DNA of 62,918 nt, counting the filler, from Octopus bimaculoides (taxonomy: Eukaryota), in NCBI RefSeq assembly GCF_001194135.2. It is 5 parts of 5 records of this genome, joined end to end, with 100 filler letters (N's around TTAATTAATTAA, not from the genome) between each part and the next. Parts side by side here need not be neighbours in the genome. Positions count along the whole stretch, not along the records: positions 49,190 to 62,918 come from NC_068987.1; 4 more parts are not named here. One strand, written 5' to 3'. The notes under the pieces are model-generated. The model was given only the letters and a program-made list of their open reading frames with translations, had not been told where the DNA came from and did not search any database. The position numbers and the translations under genes are program-made. Shown one piece after another: positions 62,271 through 62,918 of the stretch; positions within the stretch are counted from its first letter, which is position 1, and each line of letters opens with the position of its first letter.

Positions 62271-62918
62271 GTATATATATATATGTACACACACACACAC
62301 ACACANNNNNNNNNNATATATATATATATCCTTGGTAAAAGAAAAGCAGTTTATAAAAATAATTCATGTGTTTATAAATTTATTCATGTGTATATATATG
62401 TAAATGTGAGGGCGGTGGTGTCCGTGAATTGAATATGCGTGAGTGTTTCTGTCGAAGCGCTTATGACAGTTTGCAATTACATTAGTTAATCGTAAAACAT
62501 ACGTTGATCATTTGCATATTAACTTTAATCAACTTAACATGTCTATGCCTTCGATATTGCGAGACATCTCTCACGTATTTTACCAATTAGACGGTTGAAA
62601 TATTGTGTTTCTCACATATCTACTCAGACATCTAAAGTTTCAAGTTTCTGTTTTGTTTATGAAGATGATTTGAAGATGTCAATTAAATGGATAGCGACCA
62701 AATAGGAATTCTCATTTTCAAAGCGATAAAATATTATCTAAAATTAAATATTAAATTTGCGCAAATTTTTGCCTTAAGCAAAAGACACTGGGGCGCATAA
62801 CACACGTCCATATCTCATTAATTACTAATAAAACTGTATTCCACATCGAAACGTATATTCGCATATACCAATATATCTAAACGCGTGCATATATACAATT
62901 GCATAAACGTTATATATA

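Noticed and set aside
362-62432. Most ORF-track entries (poly-HT, CV, YI, ER, M, D, L, X runs)
   Set aside because: Translations of microsatellites and N gaps; no coding evidence.
1-62918. CRISPR arrays, rRNA genes, prokaryotic or viral genes
   Set aside because: No regularly spaced repeat-spacer structure, no rRNA-like sequence and no long intact ORF seen.

Overview
AT-rich animal genomic DNA from a draft, gapped assembly. About a quarter of the window is N, including four 100-bp scaffold joints (44 N + TTAATTAATTAA + 44 N). The repeat content (tRNA-derived SINEs with Deu/Nin-like and CORE-like domains, very dense microsatellites) points to an octopus; this is inference, not a database match. 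I can support only one host coding exon: 21895-22034 (+), encoding WMPHRKGFVVGFVVAGYGGGAFIFNQVITGFINPRNLSPDIDHNGE, a segment of a major-facilitator-superfamily transporter of the animal oxalate:formate-antiporter-like group. The remaining exons are in gaps, outside the window, or not recognisable to me. Almost everything else that looks unique resolves on manual translation into decayed mobile elements: mariner/Tc1 transposases, Penelope-like (RT/GIY-YIG) remnants, R4/Dong-like fragments next to (TAA)n arrays, L2/CR1 and RTE LINE fossils, four SINE families and MITE/foldback elements. Most ORF-track entries are microsatellite or gap artefacts. The most interesting signal is a foldback at 57325-57655. 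Its two arms each carry a mutated minimal type I hammerhead-ribozyme motif, and together they reconstruct a fully paired consensus with an unusual compensatory G3-C8 core (GUGAACA instead of CUGANGA). Other degenerate hammerhead-like motifs lie in Penelope-type terminal repeats. A roughly 65-bp tRNA-like mini-SINE shares its 3' terminus with the (TAA)n-associated R4-like LINE. All family assignments come from recalled motifs by eye; many coordinates of decayed elements are approximate.
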